NCBI GenBank assembly: GCA_964418725.1
Contig: CAYQMZ010000004.1
Span: forward strand, 1-33,631
Source: an uncultured Pirellulaceae bacterium
GTDB lineage: Bacteria > Planctomycetota > Planctomycetia > Pirellulales > Pirellulaceae
Direction of reading: 5' to 3'
Length of the DNA stretch: 33,631 nt
Under the pieces are notes generated by a model. It ran no database searches. It saw only the letters and a program-made list of their open reading frames with translations, and was not told the DNA's origin. A program made the position numbers and the translations under genes. Positions within the stretch are counted from its first letter, which is position 1; every line of letters begins with the position of its first letter. Below, in pieces: positions 22,598 through 30,018 of this stretch.

Positions 22598-23386
22598 ATG
22601 GATATCGTGAAGGACTCGCTAATGAAGAAGACAAGGATTTCGACCCTCGTATGGGTAATGGCGTTCGTCAGTGTTGCCAACTCAGCGACTATTGATTTTG
22701 AGCCTACCGCGACGGATACATTTGAAGACAACATCGTGTTTCCCGCGGGAACGGTTGGTGGTGTTACCTACCGGTTCGGCGTGGATGTAGACGCCGATGG
22801 CCTGATCGACTTTCCGGCAAGGCTTGAGCAGCGCGGTAGCGACTCGATCAACGCGTATACACTTGGAAGCGTTGAAGACGACGCAGACTTGGACACCAGC
22901 GTGTCAGGCGGGGAGTGGCTGTTACGTCGCCCTAAGATTACCGAAGAAGGCGCGACGAATAACCTAGATGTAGCCATGGTCTGGGAGTTAGCCACAAAAT
23001 CGCTCCAGCCGCTTTCATCAGTCGGAGGTCAAATCTGGGACGTAGACCTGGGCGAAGAGTTCCTCATCACATTGACGCGACCAAGCGGTGACCTGATTCA
23101 GTCACTGACACTTCCGGTTGGTACCGCCGAAGGTCGTGGTTCCGCAACGAGCTTTCAGTTCGATGAACTCAATGACGCGACTTCCGTGAAACTGAGTGTT
23201 CGCCTACTGAGTGCAGGTCAGAATGCTGGCGGATATGGAATTGACAATGTCACTTTCACGCTGGTACCTGAACCGGCCTGGCCGTCGTATGTCTTCTTGC
23301 TTTTTACCAGTGCCATGTTGCACTGCGGACGTGTGAGGGTACGTAATTATCGTCATATGACTTTCGCAGCAAAAACTCCTCAGTGA
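22598..23386 (+). CDS. Secreted PEP-CTERM-type sorting-signal protein with uncharacterised beta-sandwich-like ectodomain
   Basis: The N-terminus has a signal-peptide shape, MKKTRISTLVWVMAFVSVANSA|T, so the likely true start is ATG 22622. The C-terminus is NVTFTLVPEP-AWPSYVFLLFTSAMLHCG-RVRVRN: a VPEP motif (23264-23275), then a ~17-aa hydrophobic helix, then a basic cluster. That is the PEP-CTERM architecture. Confidence 0.7.
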   Translation: MDIVKDSLMKKTRISTLVWVMAFVSVANSATIDFEPTATDTFEDNIVFPAGTVGGVTYRFGVDVDADGLIDFPARLEQRGSDSINAYTLGSVEDDADLDTSVSGGEWLLRRPKITEEGATNNLDVAMVWELATKSLQPLSSVGGQIWDVDLGEEFLITLTRPSGDLIQSLTLPVGTAEGRGSATSFQFDELNDATSVKLSVRLLSAGQNAGGYGIDNVTFTLVPEPAWPSYVFLLFTSAMLHCGRVRVRNYRHMTFAAKTPQ

Positions 23387-24575
23387 TTGAAACTAGTCGA
23401 ACGACTTTGCGGCAAGCATTGAAGAACGGGATCACGGGAATGATCAGGCAGATGATTAGATCTTCATAGAAGTGTTGACTGTGTGCCAGTATCAATAAGG
23501 ATTGGAATAGGTGGAGTACAAACACGATGAGATACGTCGCAGTGGTCAGCCACAGTAGATCTTGCGGTGTTTGCAGCACTAGGGATATCCAATAAAGGAA
23601 AATCGAGTAGGTGCAAAAGATCTGAAAGAACCAGCAGTTCATCAAGCACAAGAGATTACTAACGCGAAAATTGCCGTACCAGAAGAATGCCAAGTCGACG
23701 TGCTTGCGGCATTTGTAACGGACGGCGCCACGATTCCATCGGCGACGTTGTTTGAGGAAGCTCAGAAGCGTCGCGGGCACGTTTGTGAAGCCGTAAGCAT
23801 GCGGTTCGAACGCAACTCTATAGCCGGCTTTTCTCAGGCGTAGTGTGAGATCCCCATCTTCACCTGGCCCCACGTCCCAACCGCCAATGGAACGCACCGC
23901 TGCGCTTCGAAATGCACTAAAGCCACCGGAAGCAACAACCAACATGTCAAACTTGTCGGCAAGTTGCCGTCCCATGAAAATGCTGTTGGCATACTCGAAT
24001 GCTTGGCACCAAGTTACGATGCTTTCAAACGGATTCCGAACACGAAGCGTAGCCGAAACGGCGCCAACCCATCGATTTCGAAATGGCTGGACGATGCGAT
24101 AGATCGCGTCGCTACGCAAGTGAGAATCTGTATCCGCGATTACGAGTACGTCGGCTGACGTGTAGTTTAGAGCTAGATTTAGCGAAGACGATTTGCCGCC
24201 ACGTTGCGGGCGACTGAGTGACCTAATAAAGCCGTATTGTTCCTGCAGTTTTTCGAGGATCTTCGCCGTACGATCAGTGGAAGCATCGTTGACAACGATA
24301 ATCTCTAGTTTGGGATAGGTCGCGACAATAGACTCCACCGTTGCCCGAATCGTATCCTCCTCGTTGTAGGCAGAAAGCAACACCGCAACGGTCGGCAAGA
24401 ACGGCTCAGTGGATTCTGCTCGATAACGCCAAACGCCCGACAAGCTCTCCCAGAAGACACAAACAAATAGCTTCAAGGCTGTGTATCGAGCACCATCGAT
24501 GAGCAACGTTGCTCCAAACAGTGCCCAAAGTCGCTCCGGATTAAGGCTGAACAGCCAATGCAAAACTTCGGACAT
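23304..24575 (-). CDS. Membrane-embedded processive family-2 glycosyltransferase (PgaC/IcaA/NodC/BcsA/Alg8-like polysaccharide synthase)
   Basis: This is a 423-aa ORF with an ATG start. It has an N-terminal TM helix and GT-A motifs: VVNDASTDRT, IADTDSHL, GGFSAFR, PGEDGDLTLRLRKAGYRV and FLKQRRRWNRG (the Q(Q/R)xRW processivity motif). About 4 C-terminal TM helices follow. Size and topology match PgaC/NodC-type synthases; the sugar polymer is unknown. Confidence 0.85.
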   Translation of the reverse strand: MSEVLHWLFSLNPERLWALFGATLLIDGARYTALKLFVCVFWESLSGVWRYRAESTEPFLPTVAVLLSAYNEEDTIRATVESIVATYPKLEIIVVNDASTDRTAKILEKLQEQYGFIRSLSRPQRGGKSSSLNLALNYTSADVLVIADTDSHLRSDAIYRIVQPFRNRWVGAVSATLRVRNPFESIVTWCQAFEYANSIFMGRQLADKFDMLVVASGGFSAFRSAAVRSIGGWDVGPGEDGDLTLRLRKAGYRVAFEPHAYGFTNVPATLLSFLKQRRRWNRGAVRYKCRKHVDLAFFWYGNFRVSNLLCLMNCWFFQIFCTYSIFLYWISLVLQTPQDLLWLTTATYLIVFVLHLFQSLLILAHSQHFYEDLIICLIIPVIPFFNACRKVVRLVSITEEFLLRKSYDDNYVPSHVRSATWHW

Positions 24576-25426
24576 TACGGTTGCGGCTGAAGTGACGAAG
24601 TTTGCTCTCTACCAACCGGGGCAGCAATACAATGCGTGTCCACTCGGCGCCATTCGGAGATTCGCTCCCAGTTAAACGATCGAGTTCTGTACGTGGGAAG
24701 CCGAACGGTTGGGGCATCCCTTGGTGAGAATGTAGTACTACAGCCGATGCAGTGGCCAAACAGTTCAACCTCGTCCATCTTGTGACCACACCGACAGCAG
24801 ACCTGGCGACCCGCGAGCAACTCAAAGTCAACGCCCACAACAAGATCTCGGGCACTACATTTTGGACATGCGATCGTGTCGCCATCTTGGAATTCGCACT
24901 GCGGCGCGACTGCCGCGCAACGATAGTGATGAATTAACGTTTGCTCCGTTACATCCGACGATCCACACACACCACAGCCGACCGATAGGTTTGGTAGATC
25001 TCTGCAATGCGGACAGACGACCAACTGACTTTCGTGTGCACGAGTTAACGCACCGCTGGCTAAACCTAGGCGAATAGCGGTCGGAGTAACGGGCCACCGA
25101 GTGACTCCCGATTCGTATGTTGCCGCGACAATCGGCGATGCCAACAACTGTTCGTACGCCCCGGAAGTGCTGCATCGCATTTCGATTGGGGTGGTTGAAG
25201 TTGACACGGAGGTAACTTCCACGGCGATGAAGCCTAGGCTTGTATTCTGCCCTAGAACTTCCAATATCCCCGGCACACCGGATGCCAATCGTGAACGTCG
25301 CGATGCGGTAAGGACGACGTGTGCGCGACTGAATCGATCAAGAGAGACGCTCTCGCATAGGCACGAATCCTCGGGCCTCAGGGGAATGTGCCAAAACCGT
25401 CCATACTGTGCATTGAATTGTCGCAT
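24575..25426 (-). CDS. Cys-rich multi-zinc-ribbon protein of unknown function (five CxxC pairs), translationally coupled to the GT2 synthase
   Basis: This is a 283-aa ORF with an ATG start at 25426. Its C-terminal half contains CPHC..(10)..CGVC, IHHYRC, CPKC..(20)..CCRC and CIGC, at roughly nt 24720-24985. Its TAA stop (24577-24575) shares one base with the GT2 ATG (24575-24573), giving TAATG. It starts only 10 nt after the upstream MFP stop. Confidence 0.7.
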   Translation of the reverse strand: MRQFNAQYGRFWHIPLRPEDSCLCESVSLDRFSRAHVVLTASRRSRLASGVPGILEVLGQNTSLGFIAVEVTSVSTSTTPIEMRCSTSGAYEQLLASPIVAATYESGVTRWPVTPTAIRLGLASGALTRAHESQLVVCPHCRDLPNLSVGCGVCGSSDVTEQTLIHHYRCAAVAPQCEFQDGDTIACPKCSARDLVVGVDFELLAGRQVCCRCGHKMDEVELFGHCIGCSTTFSPRDAPTVRLPTYRTRSFNWERISEWRRVDTHCIAAPVGREQTSSLQPQP

Positions 25427-25436
25427 CGGCTAACAC

Positions 25437-27071
25437 TCAATCCCGCGTAGCTGGTCGTGTCTTGAAAGACCAGTGGCTGGACGTCGTGGCCCATAGGCTT
25501 GAAAATTCGCTGTCACGAATCGCCGAAGTCCACGTGCGTTTCATCACAACCGTTGAGGACAGAGGTAACTTGGCCAGCCCTTCTGCGGCGGAAGCGTCAG
25601 GCCTGAGTCGAATGAGTGCGAGTTTTCTTCCACTCCAAAAGAAGTTCTGCAAATTCGCCGGAGGGTGTTGAAGCTGCGGATCGACGTTGACCACTTGGCA
25701 AACGCATCTCTGCCCGGTCGACGAAATGAACACGTTTGCGTCTTGATTCTCGCGGATGCGATTCAGCTCCTTGCTGGACAAGTACAAGTCGATCGTTAGC
25801 GAATCATCTTCGAGCAGAGTTACCACGGGGGAAGTCTCATCGACTGCTTCGCCGACGAACTCGTAGCGACGTACGACGACACCACTCACGGGAGCACGAA
25901 CTTGGCATCTGCTTAGTCGATCCCCGATTGTCGCCAAATCACTGTCGATGGCGGAGATTTTCGCGTCGTATACTGCCGCGATTTGGGTGTCAGACTCAGT
26001 AGACACCGCGATCTGCGATCGCTCGCGCAGCGCAACCAACCCCTTTAGCTCTTGGGCCAAACTGTCACGATAGAATCGTTCTCTGATTACCGTGCGTTTG
26101 AGATCTTGTAGCGGCGCAGCGTCGGTTCGAGCGAGCGATGCTTGCATTTTGCCTTTTTCTTCGAGCACCGACAGCTTGGCCTGCTGTTGAATCAGGTCAC
26201 TCCAAGCCGAGTTGAACTCAGCCTGATAACGAAGCTGCTCCGCGCTACGGGTAGTTCGCCTTGCTTCAGTCTCTGCAAGCTTGAATGCCCTTTCCGCACA
26301 CACGATCGCACGCTGTTTCGTAAGCCGCTCACTCTCAGCCAACAACTCATCGCTACGAATGCTGAATAACAGATCACCCTGCTTCACTCGACTTCCAACA
26401 GCAACGCAAAGTCCCTGCATTGTGCCTTTGATCGGCGGCTGGACATCAATTAGTCGCCCAGTAGTCTCGCCATAGCCCACGTAGCGAAGCCTAGCGTCCC
26501 AAACCGAGTAGAAGAAAATCCCGATCGCTATTAGCAGGGCCAAGCTAACGAGACGCTGTGAAAACCGCCGCGTGGCCACTCCTTTGTCTCGCGGGACGTC
26601 GTAGCCAGTCGCTCTTTGCTTGGTTACCACACCTGCCGATCTTGCTGCGTCGCGACTGACCTTCAAGTGTTTCTCTAGCAACTCGGCCGGCGCAACGGAC
26701 GCTCCCTCGAGGGGAATGACCTTGACGAATTCGCTTTGCAAACGCGGACGGTCGGTATCGGGGTTCTTCGCCACGATTAAGACCGGTGTCCCGGTATCTG
26801 CCGCGAGAAGTTCGACCTGTTCTAACAGGTTTTTCTCGATACGAAGCAGCAAGAAAACCGCCGCGTCGAACCTGCCCGTAGAAAGTTCAAACAAGGCAAC
26901 GTCCGGCGACGCGGCATAGTGGAACACCCAACCAGGACGTTCGGGCTCGGCGACTTCGCACCGAACCAATTCATCGCATACGATAACTCGCACCATCACT
27001 GTCTCGCCGAACTCTGAGGATTCGGGAAAGTGTACCCGCGCGAATACTCGGAGCTTGGCGTGCCACGACAA
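25437..27071 (-). CDS. Receiver-like (probably pseudo-receiver) domain :: TM helix :: HlyD-family membrane-fusion/periplasmic adaptor protein
   Basis: The track ORF is 544 aa and starts at TTG 27071. ATG 26996 (MVRVIVCDE...) is a likelier start and gives 519 aa. Residues 26-125 have a CheY-like beta/alpha pattern (VRVIVCDE, FDAAVFLLL, TPVLIVAKN, FVKVIPL). A TM helix, LVSLALLIAIGIFFYSVW, lies at about 26499-26552. The HlyD hallmarks follow: GRLIDVQPPIKGTMQGLCVAVGSRVKQGDLLFSI (lipoyl-like hairpin), about 170 aa of coiled-coil, then CQVRAPVSGVVVRRYEFVGEAVDETSPVVTL and a beta-barrel. Confidence 0.8.
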   Translation of the reverse strand: MSWHAKLRVFARVHFPESSEFGETVMVRVIVCDELVRCEVAEPERPGWVFHYAASPDVALFELSTGRFDAAVFLLLRIEKNLLEQVELLAADTGTPVLIVAKNPDTDRPRLQSEFVKVIPLEGASVAPAELLEKHLKVSRDAARSAGVVTKQRATGYDVPRDKGVATRRFSQRLVSLALLIAIGIFFYSVWDARLRYVGYGETTGRLIDVQPPIKGTMQGLCVAVGSRVKQGDLLFSIRSDELLAESERLTKQRAIVCAERAFKLAETEARRTTRSAEQLRYQAEFNSAWSDLIQQQAKLSVLEEKGKMQASLARTDAAPLQDLKRTVIRERFYRDSLAQELKGLVALRERSQIAVSTESDTQIAAVYDAKISAIDSDLATIGDRLSRCQVRAPVSGVVVRRYEFVGEAVDETSPVVTLLEDDSLTIDLYLSSKELNRIRENQDANVFISSTGQRCVCQVVNVDPQLQHPPANLQNFFWSGRKLALIRLRPDASAAEGLAKLPLSSTVVMKRTWTSAIRDSEFSSLWATTSSHWSFKTRPATRD

Positions 27072-27106
27072 TGTTGAGGGAATACCAGATCAGGCCGATC
27101 TGAAAT

Positions 27107-27841
27107 TCAAACGCTTGCTCGCCGGAATGAAACTTCTATGGCAACAGCCTTTCCGCCCGCAGCATGCGTCACAGAAAAATCGGTGCCATGCAATGCGGCG
27201 AACTCGGCAAGCTTAGCAAAGTGAAAACTGGACGTCGTTGAACTTCTGTCACTACTTGTTTCGATCAAGTCGTGAACCAGCGAGAACTGAACGTCTTGAT
27301 CTTGAACGTGTAGGTTGCAAGCCACCGAGAATTCGGGCGGCGTTTGTGCGAGCGTCCCGGAAATAAGACTGATAAACAACTCCGTGGTGAGAGTTGGATC
27401 GGCACGAACAAGCAACTCAGTCTCTGGCACACGAAGCGCCAGTCGACTGGTATCGACGTGGGACGAGTACTCTAACGCATCGGCAACGCACCTAGTGAGA
27501 TCGCAACTCGCTATCTGACCTGGATCTCTAGCTTCATCGTATTCCAATGAGTTGCTGAGCACTCGGTCCAAGTATTCGGTAATCCTCTCGATTTTGTCGG
27601 AAGTTCGGCTGATTGATTGACGTGTGGCTTCGGTCGACGTTCGCCCAACTCTCAAATTGTTCTGCAGGATCCATACGAAGCCCAAAAGTGCCTGCAGCGG
27701 GTTACGTAGGTCATGGGCCAGATACCTGAGGTTGGATTGATCTAGCCTAGTAGATTCGAGATCAAGGGAAACGGCATCGTAGTCTTCAACGCATGGTTGA
27801 GTGGGCATCGCATTCGTCCTGAAAAGGTGATCATCGTCCAC
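27107..27841 (-). CDS. Soluble HisKA-domain histidine-kinase-like protein with degenerate HATPase_c (pseudo-kinase / phosphotransfer protein)
   Basis: The ORF is 244 aa with a GTG start at 27841 and an alternative ATG at 27808. The H-box LAHDLRNPLQALLGF is intact. The downstream ~120 aa has the kinase CA-domain length and secondary pattern. By my by-eye alignment the N-box reads ISLISGTLAQ (no Asn), G1 reads VHDLIETS (no Gly) and G2 reads SSFHFAKLAEF in place of GxGLGL. There is no TM segment or sensor domain. Confidence 0.7.
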   Translation of the reverse strand: MDDDHLFRTNAMPTQPCVEDYDAVSLDLESTRLDQSNLRYLAHDLRNPLQALLGFVWILQNNLRVGRTSTEATRQSISRTSDKIERITEYLDRVLSNSLEYDEARDPGQIASCDLTRCVADALEYSSHVDTSRLALRVPETELLVRADPTLTTELFISLISGTLAQTPPEFSVACNLHVQDQDVQFSLVHDLIETSSDRSSTTSSFHFAKLAEFAALHGTDFSVTHAAGGKAVAIEVSFRRASV

Positions 27842-27958
27842 CCACTAGATCGCGAGAGAATTGTCGATGTGCAATTCGCGCGCAATCTTTTTCAAGAATC
27901 TTGGCGACAGCAAGCAAGCAGTGGCGAATTCACGATCACCACCTGAGCTGCTTCTCAG

Positions 27959-29740
27959 CTACTTTTTGACTTGGAACGCAATGGATTGAATGTCTCCGTC
28001 GCACTCTTCTTCTACCCAGCGAATCAAGTCAACAAACGGTTCCGTATTACGCGTTCTAATTTTGTCGCCCCTCTCAACCAGCGACGACACTTGCCTGACA
28101 GCGGAACCCACCGATATCCATACTCCAGTAAGACTACTGTCGCCGGTCCACCCCGTGTCTGATGGTGGGTCGGCACTCCAACTATCCCATTCTTCAATCG
28201 GTTGCTGGCTGCGAACTAGGATAAATGCCTGCACGCCTTTGCCTTCGTTGAGACAAAAAAAGTAGTCTTTGTCTTCGGGAAACACGAACTTCTCAACCTT
28301 GCTGTCCGATTCAGCCAAGAACTGCAATGTCCCATTCGTATTCGCAGCAATTAGCGAACAGTATGTCGGAGTCAGAGACTGATGCGATATCGTTACGAAA
28401 TCTCCATCACGTACGACAAACTCCGAATGGCCAACAGAACCTAGCAACGAAAGGCTGTCGTCCGCGATATCTGCTCGATATGCGTTCAACGTTAGCCGTG
28501 AGGTAACGTTTGCCGAATCCGTGACCGTCCGCGCAGTCACTGACGGAACGAGTGTCGCCCAAACACCTGCCAAGACAGCCAAACCGGTCAACAGGCATCC
28601 AACTTTGGCTAGCAGTCCAACTCTAGTGGGCGTATAGATTAGCTTGCCCTCGTCGCAACTTTGATCGACGGGAAGATTTTCAATTGCACGTTGCTCATTC
28701 GCCCAACGCTCCAATGCGTCGCGGAAACTCTGTGCTGTTTGAAATCTGTGTTGCGGCTCTGCCTTGACTGCCTTCAGACATATTCGATCCAATTCTTCAT
28801 CCACCTCTGGCCGATAGTCACGGCATCTACGTGGTGGTTTTCGAATCGCGTCTGGAGACGAACCGTACGGTCTTGTACCGGTTAGCAGTTCGTAGAGCAT
28901 AACGCCCAATGAGAAGAGGTCGCATAGAAACAATGACTCTACAGGCGACTCACCAAAAAGCTCCGGCGCCATATAGCCAGGTGATCCCAAACCGTAGTGT
29001 GTGTCGTCAGTACGCGACGCCAAACCAAAGTCAACCAACAGCACACGGTCTTCTTCGAGCAGAACATTGCTCGGCTTCAGGTCGCGATGAGCTATTCCCC
29101 GCGAATGCAACTCGGCCACCGCATCTAGCACCTGCAACATGATGTCTACAGTACGTGCAGGCGACAGACTGGGCGGCGTGCGACAGTGTTTTTTCAATGC
29201 ATCGCCGTTGACTAATTGCATTGCCACGAAGGGAAACGGTCCTATTTCTCCCAGTCCATAGATGGCAACACAATTGCGATGATCAATACGTGATAGGACT
29301 TTGCCCTCGCGAATAACTTCGCCTTTTGGCGAAAATGGCACCTTGATCGCGACGCTCCGATTGAGCGACAACTGCTTTGCCTCGTATACGACTCCAGTTC
29401 CACCTCGCCCGATTTCACGAATGAAATGGAAGTCCCCGGATTTGGCCGGCAAGCTTCCCAGTTCATCGGAAACTGGGCAGTAGCACTCGACGAAGTTGGA
29501 AAGTGCGGCAGTGGTAACCTTGTCAATATTGTCCGATAGACTGGGGAACTCTTGCTTCAGCAAACGCGGGGCGTCGAATCGTCCTCTTTTGAACTCGTTT
29601 TCTGCATAGACACCGGCAAGTTCAACAAGCCAGTCGCGACTGACTTCCACGCCAAGCGAGTCAACGAATCTCGAAATTGATACTTCGTGATCCTCTTCCA
29701 ACACCTGCTCAAATTCGAGTAGTAAGTCGGCTAGTCTCAT
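27959..29740 (-). CDS. Transmembrane Hanks-type Ser/Thr protein kinase with C-terminal extracytoplasmic domain (DUF4384-like)
   Basis: This is a 593-aa ORF with an ATG start. Kinase motifs are IGRGGTGVVYEA (P-loop), VAIKV (catalytic Lys), HRDLKPSNVLL, LVDFGLA and GSPGYMAPE. A TM helix, VGLLAKVGCLLTGLAVLAGVWATLV, follows. The ~190-aa C-terminal domain contains VVRDGDFVTISHQS...YCSLIAANTNGTLQFL...FVFPED...GVQAFILVRSQQPI, which resembles DUF4384 as I remember it. Confidence 0.85.
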   Translation of the reverse strand: MRLADLLLEFEQVLEEDHEVSISRFVDSLGVEVSRDWLVELAGVYAENEFKRGRFDAPRLLKQEFPSLSDNIDKVTTAALSNFVECYCPVSDELGSLPAKSGDFHFIREIGRGGTGVVYEAKQLSLNRSVAIKVPFSPKGEVIREGKVLSRIDHRNCVAIYGLGEIGPFPFVAMQLVNGDALKKHCRTPPSLSPARTVDIMLQVLDAVAELHSRGIAHRDLKPSNVLLEEDRVLLVDFGLASRTDDTHYGLGSPGYMAPELFGESPVESLFLCDLFSLGVMLYELLTGTRPYGSSPDAIRKPPRRCRDYRPEVDEELDRICLKAVKAEPQHRFQTAQSFRDALERWANEQRAIENLPVDQSCDEGKLIYTPTRVGLLAKVGCLLTGLAVLAGVWATLVPSVTARTVTDSANVTSRLTLNAYRADIADDSLSLLGSVGHSEFVVRDGDFVTISHQSLTPTYCSLIAANTNGTLQFLAESDSKVEKFVFPEDKDYFFCLNEGKGVQAFILVRSQQPIEEWDSWSADPPSDTGWTGDSSLTGVWISVGSAVRQVSSLVERGDKIRTRNTEPFVDLIRWVEEECDGDIQSIAFQVKK

Positions 29741-30018
29741 CAGAGTTTCCCTCTAGCATCTATTCTACTTGGCCTCATTTTGCGAGGATTCATTCACGCA
29801 TTAATAGGCACGGACGAGTCGGAGTCCTAGTCCGCCGTAGGCCTTTGACCGCACGCCCACCCAGCATACGGCGGTAACCCGTAGGCCGGACATGCCGGCT
29901 TCTAACAATTTCGCGCTAGTGAATCGACATGCGGACAATGTCCTACGTAGTCTGCGGTACGCCGTCGAACCGCGACGGTGTAGCGACGTGATGTTGCAGA
30001 CTACTCACTCGCAAACCA

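Noticed and set aside
13615-23275. Apparent similarity between the last strand of the giant-protein domain (ANMAFDNLRFTV, ~13615-13650) and the PEP-CTERM protein (GGYGIDNVTFTLVPEP)
   Set aside because: Only a ~6-residue [FI]DN[LV]x[F] match, which is common at the end of many jelly-roll domains. That is insufficient to claim homology.
24541-25433. Alternate-frame ORFs 24541-24885(-), 24855-25175(-), 24862-25077(+) and 25101-25433(+) inside the Zn-ribbon gene
   Set aside because: They are nested within the longer 283-aa ORF, which has tight coupling to both neighbours. Their translations are Arg/Ser-rich without motifs.
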